Origin: an uncultured Planctomycetia bacterium
GTDB taxonomy: Bacteria > Omnitrophota > Gorgyraeia > CAYVEO01
Assembly: GCA_964449965.1 (NCBI GenBank)
Contig: CAYVEO010000006.1
Location: forward strand, 308 to 64,307
Reading direction: 5' to 3'
DNA: 64,000 nucleotides
Below are positions 37,087-45,481 of the stretch, piece by piece. Position 1 is the stretch's first letter; the number at the start of each line of letters is the position of its first letter. A model generated the notes under the pieces. The model did no database searches and had not been told where the DNA came from. It saw only the letters and a program-made list of their open reading frames with translations. The position numbers and the translations under genes are program-made.

Positions 37087-38495
37087 AAGATACCATATCT
37101 TCATTATTTGGAAAAATCGGCATATATCTTCCTGCCCGGAAAGGAGAAGGTTTGAGAATCGGCAGGAGGTTCCTTACCTTTCTCGGGATATTATTTTTCC
37201 TGTCAATATTTGGCTTTATTGGACTTTTGGAATACAGCACAAGTCCAACATTCTGTAATTCCTGCCATGTGATGCACCCATATTACAACGCATGGAAGAC
37301 GTCAAGCCATAATTTTGTATCGTGCGTAGATTGTCACTATCCACCCGGACTTACAAAGGAATTCAAGGGTAAGATACAGGCAATCACGCAGGTGGCAAAA
37401 TTCGTGACACGGACATACAGCACCAAACCCTATGCTGAGATAGAGGATTCAAGCTGTCTCAGAAAAGGCTGTCATGAAAAAAGGCTGTTAGAAGGCAAGG
37501 TTACGTTCAAACGCGGTATCCAATTTGACCATAAGCCTCATCTTGTAGGTATGCGAAGAGGCAAGAAATTACGCTGTACCTCCTGCCATTCCCAGATAGT
37601 CCAGGGTCAGCATATTGCGGTTACTGAGGAGGTATGCTTCATCTGCCATTTCAAGGGTGAAAAGAACGGCAGGGAAATAACCCCTGTCGGTGGCTGCCCG
37701 CTCTGCCATGGTGCACCTGAGAAGGAAATAAAAGTTGCAGGGATGAGTTTTAATCACAAGGATTTCGTAGGTAGAGGAGTTGAATGCCAGAAGTGTCACC
37801 TTGATGCTGTCCAGGGAGAAGGCGAAGTTCCCAGGGAGATGTGTCTCACGTGCCATGGCGAACCTGAGAGACTATCTAAGTATGAAGACCATGAATTTAT
37901 CCACGAGAATCATGTAACAAAACATAAGGTGGAATGTTTCCAGTGCCATCTCACTATAAAACATGCTGTCCAGACTACTATCAAACCTCTGGAATATAGC
38001 TGTGATGTCTGTCACCTATCAAAACATGCAGGTGAAAAAGAGATGTATATGGGTAAAGGAGGCAGGGGAGTGGACGATATGCCAAGCCTTATGTTTCTGG
38101 CACAGGTAGACTGTGTGGCATGCCACATCAATCCTGGAGAGGAATTACCTGCTACGCACTTTGCAGGTAAAACCTATAAGGCTACCGGCGCTGCATGTTT
38201 TGGATGCCATGGCAAGGGCTACGCAGAGATGTTAGATAGTTGGAAAATTAGTATTCAGGAATCATTGGATGAGTTAGGACCTATTTTAGAAAAGGCAAGA
38301 GGATTGGTTCAATATTTAAATAAAGATGACTCTAAGTATAAAGAAGTATCCAGACTATTAGAGGATGCAGAATATAACTATAATTTTGTCAAGTTTGGAA
38401 AAGGTATCCATAACGTCTCTTATGCAGACTCATTGATAGAGGTATCTAAGAACAATGCCAGGAATATTATATCTATTATTTCTGAACAAAGGTGA
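37080..38495 (+). CDS. NapC/NirT-family membrane-anchored multiheme quinol dehydrogenase (11 CxxCH plus CX4CH)
   Basis: TM then YSTSPTFCNSCHVM...W.TSSH..VSCVDCH; CLRKGCH; helical C-terminus with GIHN. Confidence 0.88.
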   Translation: MVKDTISSLFGKIGIYLPARKGEGLRIGRRFLTFLGILFFLSIFGFIGLLEYSTSPTFCNSCHVMHPYYNAWKTSSHNFVSCVDCHYPPGLTKEFKGKIQAITQVAKFVTRTYSTKPYAEIEDSSCLRKGCHEKRLLEGKVTFKRGIQFDHKPHLVGMRRGKKLRCTSCHSQIVQGQHIAVTEEVCFICHFKGEKNGREITPVGGCPLCHGAPEKEIKVAGMSFNHKDFVGRGVECQKCHLDAVQGEGEVPREMCLTCHGEPERLSKYEDHEFIHENHVTKHKVECFQCHLTIKHAVQTTIKPLEYSCDVCHLSKHAGEKEMYMGKGGRGVDDMPSLMFLAQVDCVACHINPGEELPATHFAGKTYKATGAACFGCHGKGYAEMLDSWKISIQESLDELGPILEKARGLVQYLNKDDSKYKEVSRLLEDAEYNYNFVKFGKGIHNVSYADSLIEVSKNNARNIISIISEQR

Positions 38496-38899
38496 AAGAT
38501 ATGAATCGTCAATCCGAAAAAAGGTTATTAGTAGTAGATGATGAAGACCTACTAAGAAACTCTCTCGCCAAACTTCTTGCAATGAGAGGATATTCTGTCT
38601 TATCAGCTGCCGATGGCAACGAGGCGCTCAAATTAATTAAAGAAAATATGTTTCAATTGGTAATCACAGACCTTAAGATGCCTGGCATGAACGGTATGGA
38701 ACTTATCCATGAGGTTCGGAAATTGTCACCGGATACAAAGGTAGTGGTTATTACCGCCCATGGTGAGTGGAATACCTATCTTGAGGCTATGGAAAGAGGG
38801 GCGTTTGCATATCTTAATAAGCCTATCAATACGGGCGAGTTGTTTTCTACGATTAAAAGGGCATTGTTAGAAGGTGAAGGAAAAAATAAATTTACATAG
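38492..38899 (+). CDS. Stand-alone response regulator receiver
   Basis: LLVVDDE, ITDLKMPG, ITAHG, NKP. Confidence 0.92.
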   Translation: MKDMNRQSEKRLLVVDDEDLLRNSLAKLLAMRGYSVLSAADGNEALKLIKENMFQLVITDLKMPGMNGMELIHEVRKLSPDTKVVVITAHGEWNTYLEAMERGAFAYLNKPINTGELFSTIKRALLEGEGKNKFT

Positions 38900-38921
38900 G
38901 GACAGAAAATAATAGACAGGG

Positions 38922-39878
38922 ATGGTTTTTGGTGATAAAATATATATTATGAATACAATAAAAAGAGTAATTGAAATATTACTGATATTCTTATTCGGAA
39001 CGGTTTTCTGTGGATGCGGAGAGCAGGAGAAGGCATTAAAAATAAAGTTTAAGGAAATAGACACATCCACCGGCCAGAAATCGTTAGATAGGGAACAGGG
39101 AGTTTTACGACTCGCCATCTCTTCTATGATATCACCGCGTGAAACAATTCACTGTTATCAGGATATATTTAATTATGTTGGCGAGAAACTAAACCGAAAG
39201 ATAAAAATAGTCCAGAAAGAGTCCTATGGAGAGACCAACGAACTTCTTCGTCAGGGAGAAGTTGACGTAGCGATGGTCTGCAGCGGCGCATATGTGGAGG
39301 CGCATGCCTCTTATGGCGCCGAACTCCTGTCGGCTCCCAAGCCACTCAGTGACAGGACATATTGTTCATACATCATCGTCCACAGAGACAGCCAGATAAA
39401 TTCAATTGAAGAGTTAAAGGGCAAGACATTTGCTTTCACTGACTCCCTGTCTAATACCGGGAGGCTTTATCCTGTATGGTTGCTTTCCCAGAAAGGATAT
39501 AAGCCTGAGACTTATTTTGCAAGATACATCTATTCAGGCAGTCATGATAATTCAATCCGTGCTGTCAGCGATGGTTTAATTGACGGGGCGGCAGTAGATT
39601 CTCTCGTATTTCTTTATATGAATACCAATCAGCCTGATGTTGTATCTCTCACCAGGGTAATAGCAGTATCACCTGTTTTTGGACTTCCTCCCTTAATTGT
39701 CCATCCCAGGATGGATGTTGAGTTAAAAAAGATTTTGCAGGAAATTCTGTTGAATATGCACAGCGATGAAAAAGGGAAGGTTCTACTTAGCAGGATAAAA
39801 ATAGAACGGTTTATTATTCCACAGGATATGGATTATGACCCTATAAGAGAAATGAAGAAGGCAGTGGGGTATGAATAA
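38922..39878 (+). CDS. PhnD-fold periplasmic oxyanion-binding lipoprotein (AioX/ArxX-like)
   Basis: Lipobox FCGC; DVAMVCSGAYV; FAFTDSLSNTG; SGSHDNSI..V..G..DGAAVDS; next to a kinase rather than an ABC permease. Confidence 0.82.
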   Translation: MVFGDKIYIMNTIKRVIEILLIFLFGTVFCGCGEQEKALKIKFKEIDTSTGQKSLDREQGVLRLAISSMISPRETIHCYQDIFNYVGEKLNRKIKIVQKESYGETNELLRQGEVDVAMVCSGAYVEAHASYGAELLSAPKPLSDRTYCSYIIVHRDSQINSIEELKGKTFAFTDSLSNTGRLYPVWLLSQKGYKPETYFARYIYSGSHDNSIRAVSDGLIDGAAVDSLVFLYMNTNQPDVVSLTRVIAVSPVFGLPPLIVHPRMDVELKKILQEILLNMHSDEKGKVLLSRIKIERFIIPQDMDYDPIREMKKAVGYE

Positions 39879-41367
39879 AAAAAAGATAGAGAATGAATCA
39901 CTGAAGGTGCGGCCTATCTCCAGTTTGAAGTTCCGTATTCTGACAGGTGTCATAGGATTGGTTCTGCTTCCGGGAATAGTGGCGATTGTTATAGCACGGG
40001 GCAGACTCGGGTCCGCACTGGAAAAAGAATTGGTAGAACGCGGAGTAGCCATTACACGTACCGTGGCAGTCCGTAGTACAAAACCGGTTCTTACCACTGA
40101 TTTGTTTACATTGCATGAACTTATCAGAAATATTATTGACAGTAACAAAGACGTTAGATATGTGATAATCTACTACCCTGAAGAACAAATTTTAATCCAT
40201 TCATTTAAAAAAGGTATTCCTAAAGGATTATTGGAGGCTAATTATATACCAGAGGGGAAAGAATTTCACCATGTTTTGTTAGAGACAGAAGAGGGTAGTA
40301 TCCGGGATGTTATAGTTCCGCTCTGGGATAAGGGTAAGGGTGTAGTCAGGGTGGGTATGTCAGAACGGAGAATCAATCACCTCCTTTCCGGTGTTACCTA
40401 TCAAATGATTGGAGTCATAGGTCTGGTTTTATTGCTCGGTATAAGCGGGGCATACATTTTAACGACCATACTCACACGCCGGCTCTTCAACCTGGTAGAT
40501 ATGGCTGCAGCAGTTGGAAAAGGTGACCTTGATGCCAAAGCACCGCAAGAGAGCAATGATGAGGTAGGAAGTCTGACATCAGCGTTTAATTCTATGGTAG
40601 AAGACCTCAAACGCCACATTACCGAACAGAAGAAGATGCAGAGTCAGTTATTTCATTCAGGTAAATTAGCAGCGATGGGGGAATTAGCCAGTTGTGTTGC
40701 TCACGAGATTAACAACCCGCTTAGTTCTATAGCAGTTTGTGCTGAATCCCTTTTAGAACGGTTGTCTCAGGGTGCATTAAACTGCTGTCTTTCTGAGAGA
40801 GAAGAATGGACAGAGTATTTAAAGAGTATAGAGAAAGAAATTCATAGATGCAAGAAAATTACAACAGCCCTTCTCAGTCTATCAAATCTGAAAGAGCCGC
40901 AGATTGCACTAATTGACATAAACCAGTTACTTGAGAACATGCTACTTTTAGTAAAGTACCAGGCTGACCGCACAGGGAAGAAAATAATAATTAAACTCGG
41001 TTCAGAGTTGCCGCTTGTCCTGGCTGATGGTGACAGTCTCCAGCAGGTATTTTTAAATCTTATGATAAACGCATTAGACCATACAAACGGCGGAGGTAAG
41101 ATAGATATTTCCACACGTATCACCCGGAGAGAGGATAAACCCTGGGTTGAGGTTGTATTAGCAGACAATGGATGCGGAATTCCCAGGGAAAATCTGGATA
41201 AAATCTTTCAGCCATTTTTTACCACAAAGAAAGACGGTACTGGCAGCGGATTAGGATTGTCCATCTCTAAACGTATTGTTGAAGAACACAATGGGCAAAT
41301 TGTTGTGACGAGTCAACTGAATAAAGGTTCTGTTTTTTCTGTCTATTTACCACTGGAGAAAGATTAG
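39871..41367 (+). CDS. Sensor histidine kinase (HAMP-HisKA-HATPase)
   Basis: AHEINNPL, NALD, DNGCGI, GSGLGL. Confidence 0.94.
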   Translation: MNKKKIENESLKVRPISSLKFRILTGVIGLVLLPGIVAIVIARGRLGSALEKELVERGVAITRTVAVRSTKPVLTTDLFTLHELIRNIIDSNKDVRYVIIYYPEEQILIHSFKKGIPKGLLEANYIPEGKEFHHVLLETEEGSIRDVIVPLWDKGKGVVRVGMSERRINHLLSGVTYQMIGVIGLVLLLGISGAYILTTILTRRLFNLVDMAAAVGKGDLDAKAPQESNDEVGSLTSAFNSMVEDLKRHITEQKKMQSQLFHSGKLAAMGELASCVAHEINNPLSSIAVCAESLLERLSQGALNCCLSEREEWTEYLKSIEKEIHRCKKITTALLSLSNLKEPQIALIDINQLLENMLLLVKYQADRTGKKIIIKLGSELPLVLADGDSLQQVFLNLMINALDHTNGGGKIDISTRITRREDKPWVEVVLADNGCGIPRENLDKIFQPFFTTKKDGTGSGLGLSISKRIVEEHNGQIVVTSQLNKGSVFSVYLPLEKD

Positions 41368-42720
41368 ATGAATACTAAGATAAATCTGCTCATAGTTGAT
41401 GATGAAGAGACCCTTCGCCTGCATTTGAAAAAGGAGTTCCTGCGTAAGGACTACGAGGTCCATGAAGCAGGAGAAGGGCAGGCTGCTTTAAACATACTTA
41501 AAGAACATCATATAGATGTGGTTTTATTAGACCTCGTTATGCCAGGGTTAAGCGGTCTTGATGCATTAAAAGAGATTAAGGCAAATTATCCTCTCGTAGA
41601 GGTCATCGTCCTTACAGGAAATGCAACGATTGACACCGCTATCGCCTCTATGAAATTAGGCGCTTATGATTATCTGATGAAACCCTACAACATTGCGGAG
41701 TTATCCATGATTATAGAGCGGGCTCACAATCATGCCCTTCTTTCCAGAGATAGCCAGCGGTTACAGCACGAGTTGGCACGCCAGGCTAAGTTTGAAGACT
41801 TTATTCATGGAGATGAGAAAATGAAGTCAGTCTTTAAATTGATAGAAAAGGTGGCGCCGACTAATTCCACAGTCTTATTATACGGTGAGACAGGGACAGG
41901 AAAAGAACTCGCTGCCAAGTCTATTCACAAGAACAGTAATAGAAAAGAAAATTCTTTTATAGCAGTTGACTGCGGGGCTTTACAGGATACGTTGTTGGAA
42001 AGCGAGTTGTTCGGGCATGAACGCGGGGCGTTTACCGGAGCAATAAGGGATAAACAGGGGTTAATTGAAGTAGCAGACAGCGGAACACTTTTCCTGGATG
42101 AAATCGGCGATATCTCTCCTGCGATGCAGGTCAAACTCCTCCGATTCTTAGAATCAGGCGAGTACCGTATGGTGGGCAGTACCAGAGTTTTGAAAATAGA
42201 TGTGCGGATTATCGCCGCTACAAATCGGAATCTGGAAAGAATAGTGAAGGAGGGCAGATTCCGTGAAGACCTCTATTACCGGCTGAACGTTGTTAAGATA
42301 GAGATTCCGCCATTAAGAGAAAGAAAAGATGACATTATGCCTCTGGCAGAGCATTTTCTCAAAAAATATAATTCATCACTTGGAAGACATATTAAAGGTA
42401 TTTCTAAAGATGCGGAAGAGAAACTGTTAAGTTATGCCTGGCCAGGAAATGTTCGGGAACTTGAGAATGCCATTGAACGGGTCTCCATTCTTTGTGATAG
42501 TGACTGGATTACGATAGAAGACCTGCCTTTTCTTACCCCTAAAGGTACTCTGAATATAGAAAAAGGCAGTCTTGACTCTATGCCCCTTTCTGAATTGGAG
42601 AAAATGCACATTATTAATGTCCTTAAATCCTGTGATGGCAACAAGACCAGGGCTGCAGGTATCTTAGGTATTGAAGTCCGCACCCTTTACAATAAACTGA
42701 AAACTTACGATGTAACATAG
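41368..42720 (+). CDS. Sigma54-dependent response regulator
   Basis: Receiver; GETGTGKE; GAFTGA; WPGNVRE; HTH. Confidence 0.96.
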   Translation: MNTKINLLIVDDEETLRLHLKKEFLRKDYEVHEAGEGQAALNILKEHHIDVVLLDLVMPGLSGLDALKEIKANYPLVEVIVLTGNATIDTAIASMKLGAYDYLMKPYNIAELSMIIERAHNHALLSRDSQRLQHELARQAKFEDFIHGDEKMKSVFKLIEKVAPTNSTVLLYGETGTGKELAAKSIHKNSNRKENSFIAVDCGALQDTLLESELFGHERGAFTGAIRDKQGLIEVADSGTLFLDEIGDISPAMQVKLLRFLESGEYRMVGSTRVLKIDVRIIAATNRNLERIVKEGRFREDLYYRLNVVKIEIPPLRERKDDIMPLAEHFLKKYNSSLGRHIKGISKDAEEKLLSYAWPGNVRELENAIERVSILCDSDWITIEDLPFLTPKGTLNIEKGSLDSMPLSELEKMHIINVLKSCDGNKTRAAGILGIEVRTLYNKLKTYDVT

Positions 42721-42735
42721 AGATGTTCTTAATAC

Positions 42736-42770
42736 TGTGAAAAAAATTCCGTGTGTGTGAAAAAAATTCA
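42736..42770 (+). promoter_or_regulatory. Candidate upstream activator sites (direct repeat)
   Basis: tgtgaaaaaaattc occurs twice, about 100-130 bp upstream of the sigma54 promoter. Confidence 0.5.
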
Positions 42771-42869
42771 TGGTTTTGTTCCCACTGTTAATAACCTGCA
42801 TCCACATAAGACAATCTTAACATATTTAAATTTAATCAGTTACAAAAAATATAAGGTTTTTACGTTCTT

Positions 42870-42885
42870 TGGCATGAATTATGCT
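42870..42885 (+). promoter_or_regulatory. Sigma54 -24/-12 promoter for the porin-cytochrome-molybdoenzyme operon
   Basis: TGGCATgaattATGCT with correct GG-N10-GC spacing. Confidence 0.78.
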
Positions 42886-42922
42886 TATATATTGACTAAT
42901 AGTCATTGCGAGGAGTGCCAGA

Positions 42923-44233
42923 TTGATGAATATTAATTTTAAATTGTGGATTATTATTTTGACGATGCTTGTCCTGTGCACAGGCGGTTGGGCAGATGAT
43001 TTTAATATCCACGGTTATTTAGATACAAAATACCGGGTTAGGTGGAGCGAGAATGAAACTGACCAGGATATTTATGAATATCTCTCCATATATGCGGGAG
43101 ATGAAACAACTGATAAGGTAAGCGCCTCAATATATGGAAGGGTGTCAGGAGACATAGACGGAAGGCGTGAACCAGACGCATTCTCTGAATTCAGGGAAAT
43201 CACGGATACTTACAATGATAATATTAATGGCAGGTTGTATCATGCATATCTTACGATAAGGGAATTGGGAACTCTATCTAAGGTCCGGTTTGGCAGACAG
43301 GAAGTCTATAGCGGCGAGACGCTGTATTTTGACGGCGTAAAACTTGACAGTAAGGAAATGTGGGAATTCTTATCTGTCTCATTATACGGAGGTGTGCCTG
43401 TGCACCTGTATGAATCTCCTTCGTCAGGTGATTACCTCTGGGGAAGCGGTATAGAGGTCAAACCCATGGAGGGGACTTTATTGAGATTGGATTCCATATA
43501 CGTTGAAGATGATAGTGATGAATGGGGAGACCACAACGATGAACTCTTTATCTTAAGTCTCTGGCAGGATATTACAAAGAATGCTAAGATATACGGTAAA
43601 TATTCTTTCCTGGAAAAAAAGGAACGTGATGCCCAGTTAGGATGTTTTATTGATGTCCCTGAACACCGCCTGACAATAGATGGAAGTTACTTCAGGCAAT
43701 TAGAAGAGTTAAGGGATTTCAGTCTGGAATTTTCACCTTACTATCCAGTAGCAGGAAGTTATCTACCGTTTCACCAGTATGATGTGAACGTGAATAAGCG
43801 GCTCTGTGATAATTTCGGGGTTGGTGCAGGCGCCACAATCAGGGAATTGATAGAGGCTGCTCAGGAGACAACTTATAACCATGCATTTCAGAGATACTAT
43901 CTGAGCGGCTCAATATATGATTTGCCAATCAAAGGGCTTAATCTTACAATAACTCTGGATGACTGGGAGACCAGCACTGATGATATTAGAACCGCTGGAA
44001 TAGATGGGGAATACGTCTTAAAGAAAGGATGGAAACTTAAAGCAGGCAGTTACTATTCATTATACAAATATGATTATTATACCGGAGAGGAAAATGACGA
44101 TGTCCGGACAGCATACGGTGAAATTAGAATAAACCTTACTAAAAACGTAGATTGGAAACTTAGATACGAGGCTGAGGATGACGATTTTAACGTCTATCAC
44201 AAGGTGGAGACAAGTGTCAAATACAATTTTTAA
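42923..44233 (+). CDS. Outer-membrane beta-barrel porin of conduit 2 (paralog of 31029-32342)
   Basis: Shares YRVRWSE, YGGVP.HLYES, WGDHND, LRDFS.EFSP.YPVAG, AGSYYSLYKYDYY, RYEAEDDDF; terminal Phe. Confidence 0.88.
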   Translation: MMNINFKLWIIILTMLVLCTGGWADDFNIHGYLDTKYRVRWSENETDQDIYEYLSIYAGDETTDKVSASIYGRVSGDIDGRREPDAFSEFREITDTYNDNINGRLYHAYLTIRELGTLSKVRFGRQEVYSGETLYFDGVKLDSKEMWEFLSVSLYGGVPVHLYESPSSGDYLWGSGIEVKPMEGTLLRLDSIYVEDDSDEWGDHNDELFILSLWQDITKNAKIYGKYSFLEKKERDAQLGCFIDVPEHRLTIDGSYFRQLEELRDFSLEFSPYYPVAGSYLPFHQYDVNVNKRLCDNFGVGAGATIRELIEAAQETTYNHAFQRYYLSGSIYDLPIKGLNLTITLDDWETSTDDIRTAGIDGEYVLKKGWKLKAGSYYSLYKYDYYTGEENDDVRTAYGEIRINLTKNVDWKLRYEAEDDDFNVYHKVETSVKYNF

Positions 44234-45050
44234 ACCTATTTTACCTATAATATTCTTAGCGTTACTCGTGGCAGGATGTAAAGAGGAAGGGCTGAATTTC
44301 ATCCATAACAACCATTTAGAACGCGGGTTAGAGTGTCCTACCTGTCATATACAAACTGAAGATTTACCGTCTCTGCCAGATGAAGACATATGTCGGACAT
44401 GCCATGAAATAGACAGGAACAATCCGTCTGACAAATGCAGATTGTGCCACCGGGGAAAAGAAGAGAAATCAAAACCGCGTGATAGGAAAAACTATGCAGA
44501 CTTGCAGTTCTCGCATAAGAACCATTTAGAAAGAGAAATTAAGTGTGAAGAGTGCCACGGGACAGCAAAAGACGGATATTCTATCCCTGTGATGGAAGAC
44601 TGCATAAGATGCCATTCACAGATAGAACAAAAGATAGACTGTTCTAAATGCCACATGAAACTTAAAAAGGATGAAAGACCCCAGAACCATGATTATGACT
44701 GGAAGACAAGGCATGGCAAGGAGATAACATTAGAAGGCGGTTCTCCGGAAAATCAAAGATGTTACATTTGCCATAACCAGGCGAGTTGCGATACATGCCA
44801 TAAGGACGAGAAGCCCCAGAACCATACAAACCAGTGGAGATTAAGAGGACATCAGGTGATGGGCAGGATTAACAGGTCTCAATGTGCAGCATGTCATCGG
44901 CAGGACTTCTGTGTTAGTTGTCACAGTGAGGCTCCTGCTATACCCAATAACAGTTCGCACCGCCCGGGCAGGTCATGCAGTTTGTGCCACGTCCGGCTCT
45001 CGCACAGCGTTACAGATGAAACAGGCTGCACACGGTGTCATGCGAATTAA
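44214..45050 (+). CDS. 12-heme lipoprotein cytochrome of conduit 2 (paralog of 32355)
   Basis: GTG 44214 with aggtgga RBS; lipobox VAGC-KE; 12 CxxCH; RPQNH, HTNQWR.RGH shared with the paralog. Confidence 0.9.
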   Translation: MSNTIFKPILPIIFLALLVAGCKEEGLNFIHNNHLERGLECPTCHIQTEDLPSLPDEDICRTCHEIDRNNPSDKCRLCHRGKEEKSKPRDRKNYADLQFSHKNHLEREIKCEECHGTAKDGYSIPVMEDCIRCHSQIEQKIDCSKCHMKLKKDERPQNHDYDWKTRHGKEITLEGGSPENQRCYICHNQASCDTCHKDEKPQNHTNQWRLRGHQVMGRINRSQCAACHRQDFCVSCHSEAPAIPNNSSHRPGRSCSLCHVRLSHSVTDETGCTRCHAN

Positions 45051-45059
45051 AAGGAGGAA

Positions 45060-45467
45060 GTGAAAATGCGTGAGGATATTAAGTTAACGTTCCTGTCTAT
45101 AGCAGGTCTTATTATAATAGTATTCATGTCTATGGCGTGCGGCGGTGGCGGCGGCAGCGGCGGCGATAGTGAAGGAGAGTCCATTGAGGCAACTAATGAC
45201 AATGATGTAGCGATTCATTTAAATGCATCCCGATACGCCTCAAGTGAGTGTATAAAATGCCATGGAAATATGCAGGACCAGACAACATTAGATTCAAACG
45301 TAGAAGGGATACATCCTAAACATACACGTGTTACCACGCTTACATGCACTGACTGCCATAAGAGCGTAGATTTACTCCAGAAGTCAGGTGCGAACTTAAG
45401 AAGGCAGGTGGATGTTCAAAAGTGTGTTGATTGCCACGGAACTACATTTTATCAAGGGGCGTCATAA
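45060..45467 (+). CDS. Small triheme lipoprotein cytochrome
   Basis: Lipobox SMAC-GGGGG; CIKCH, CTDCH, CVDCH. Confidence 0.88.
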   Translation: MKMREDIKLTFLSIAGLIIIVFMSMACGGGGGSGGDSEGESIEATNDNDVAIHLNASRYASSECIKCHGNMQDQTTLDSNVEGIHPKHTRVTTLTCTDCHKSVDLLQKSGANLRRQVDVQKCVDCHGTTFYQGAS

Positions 45468-45481
45468 TGGAGGGTAAGTTT

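Noticed and set aside
38922-39878. Phosphonate ABC transporter (phnD)
   Set aside because: No phnC or phnE; the gene overlaps a histidine kinase, which fits a sensory role.
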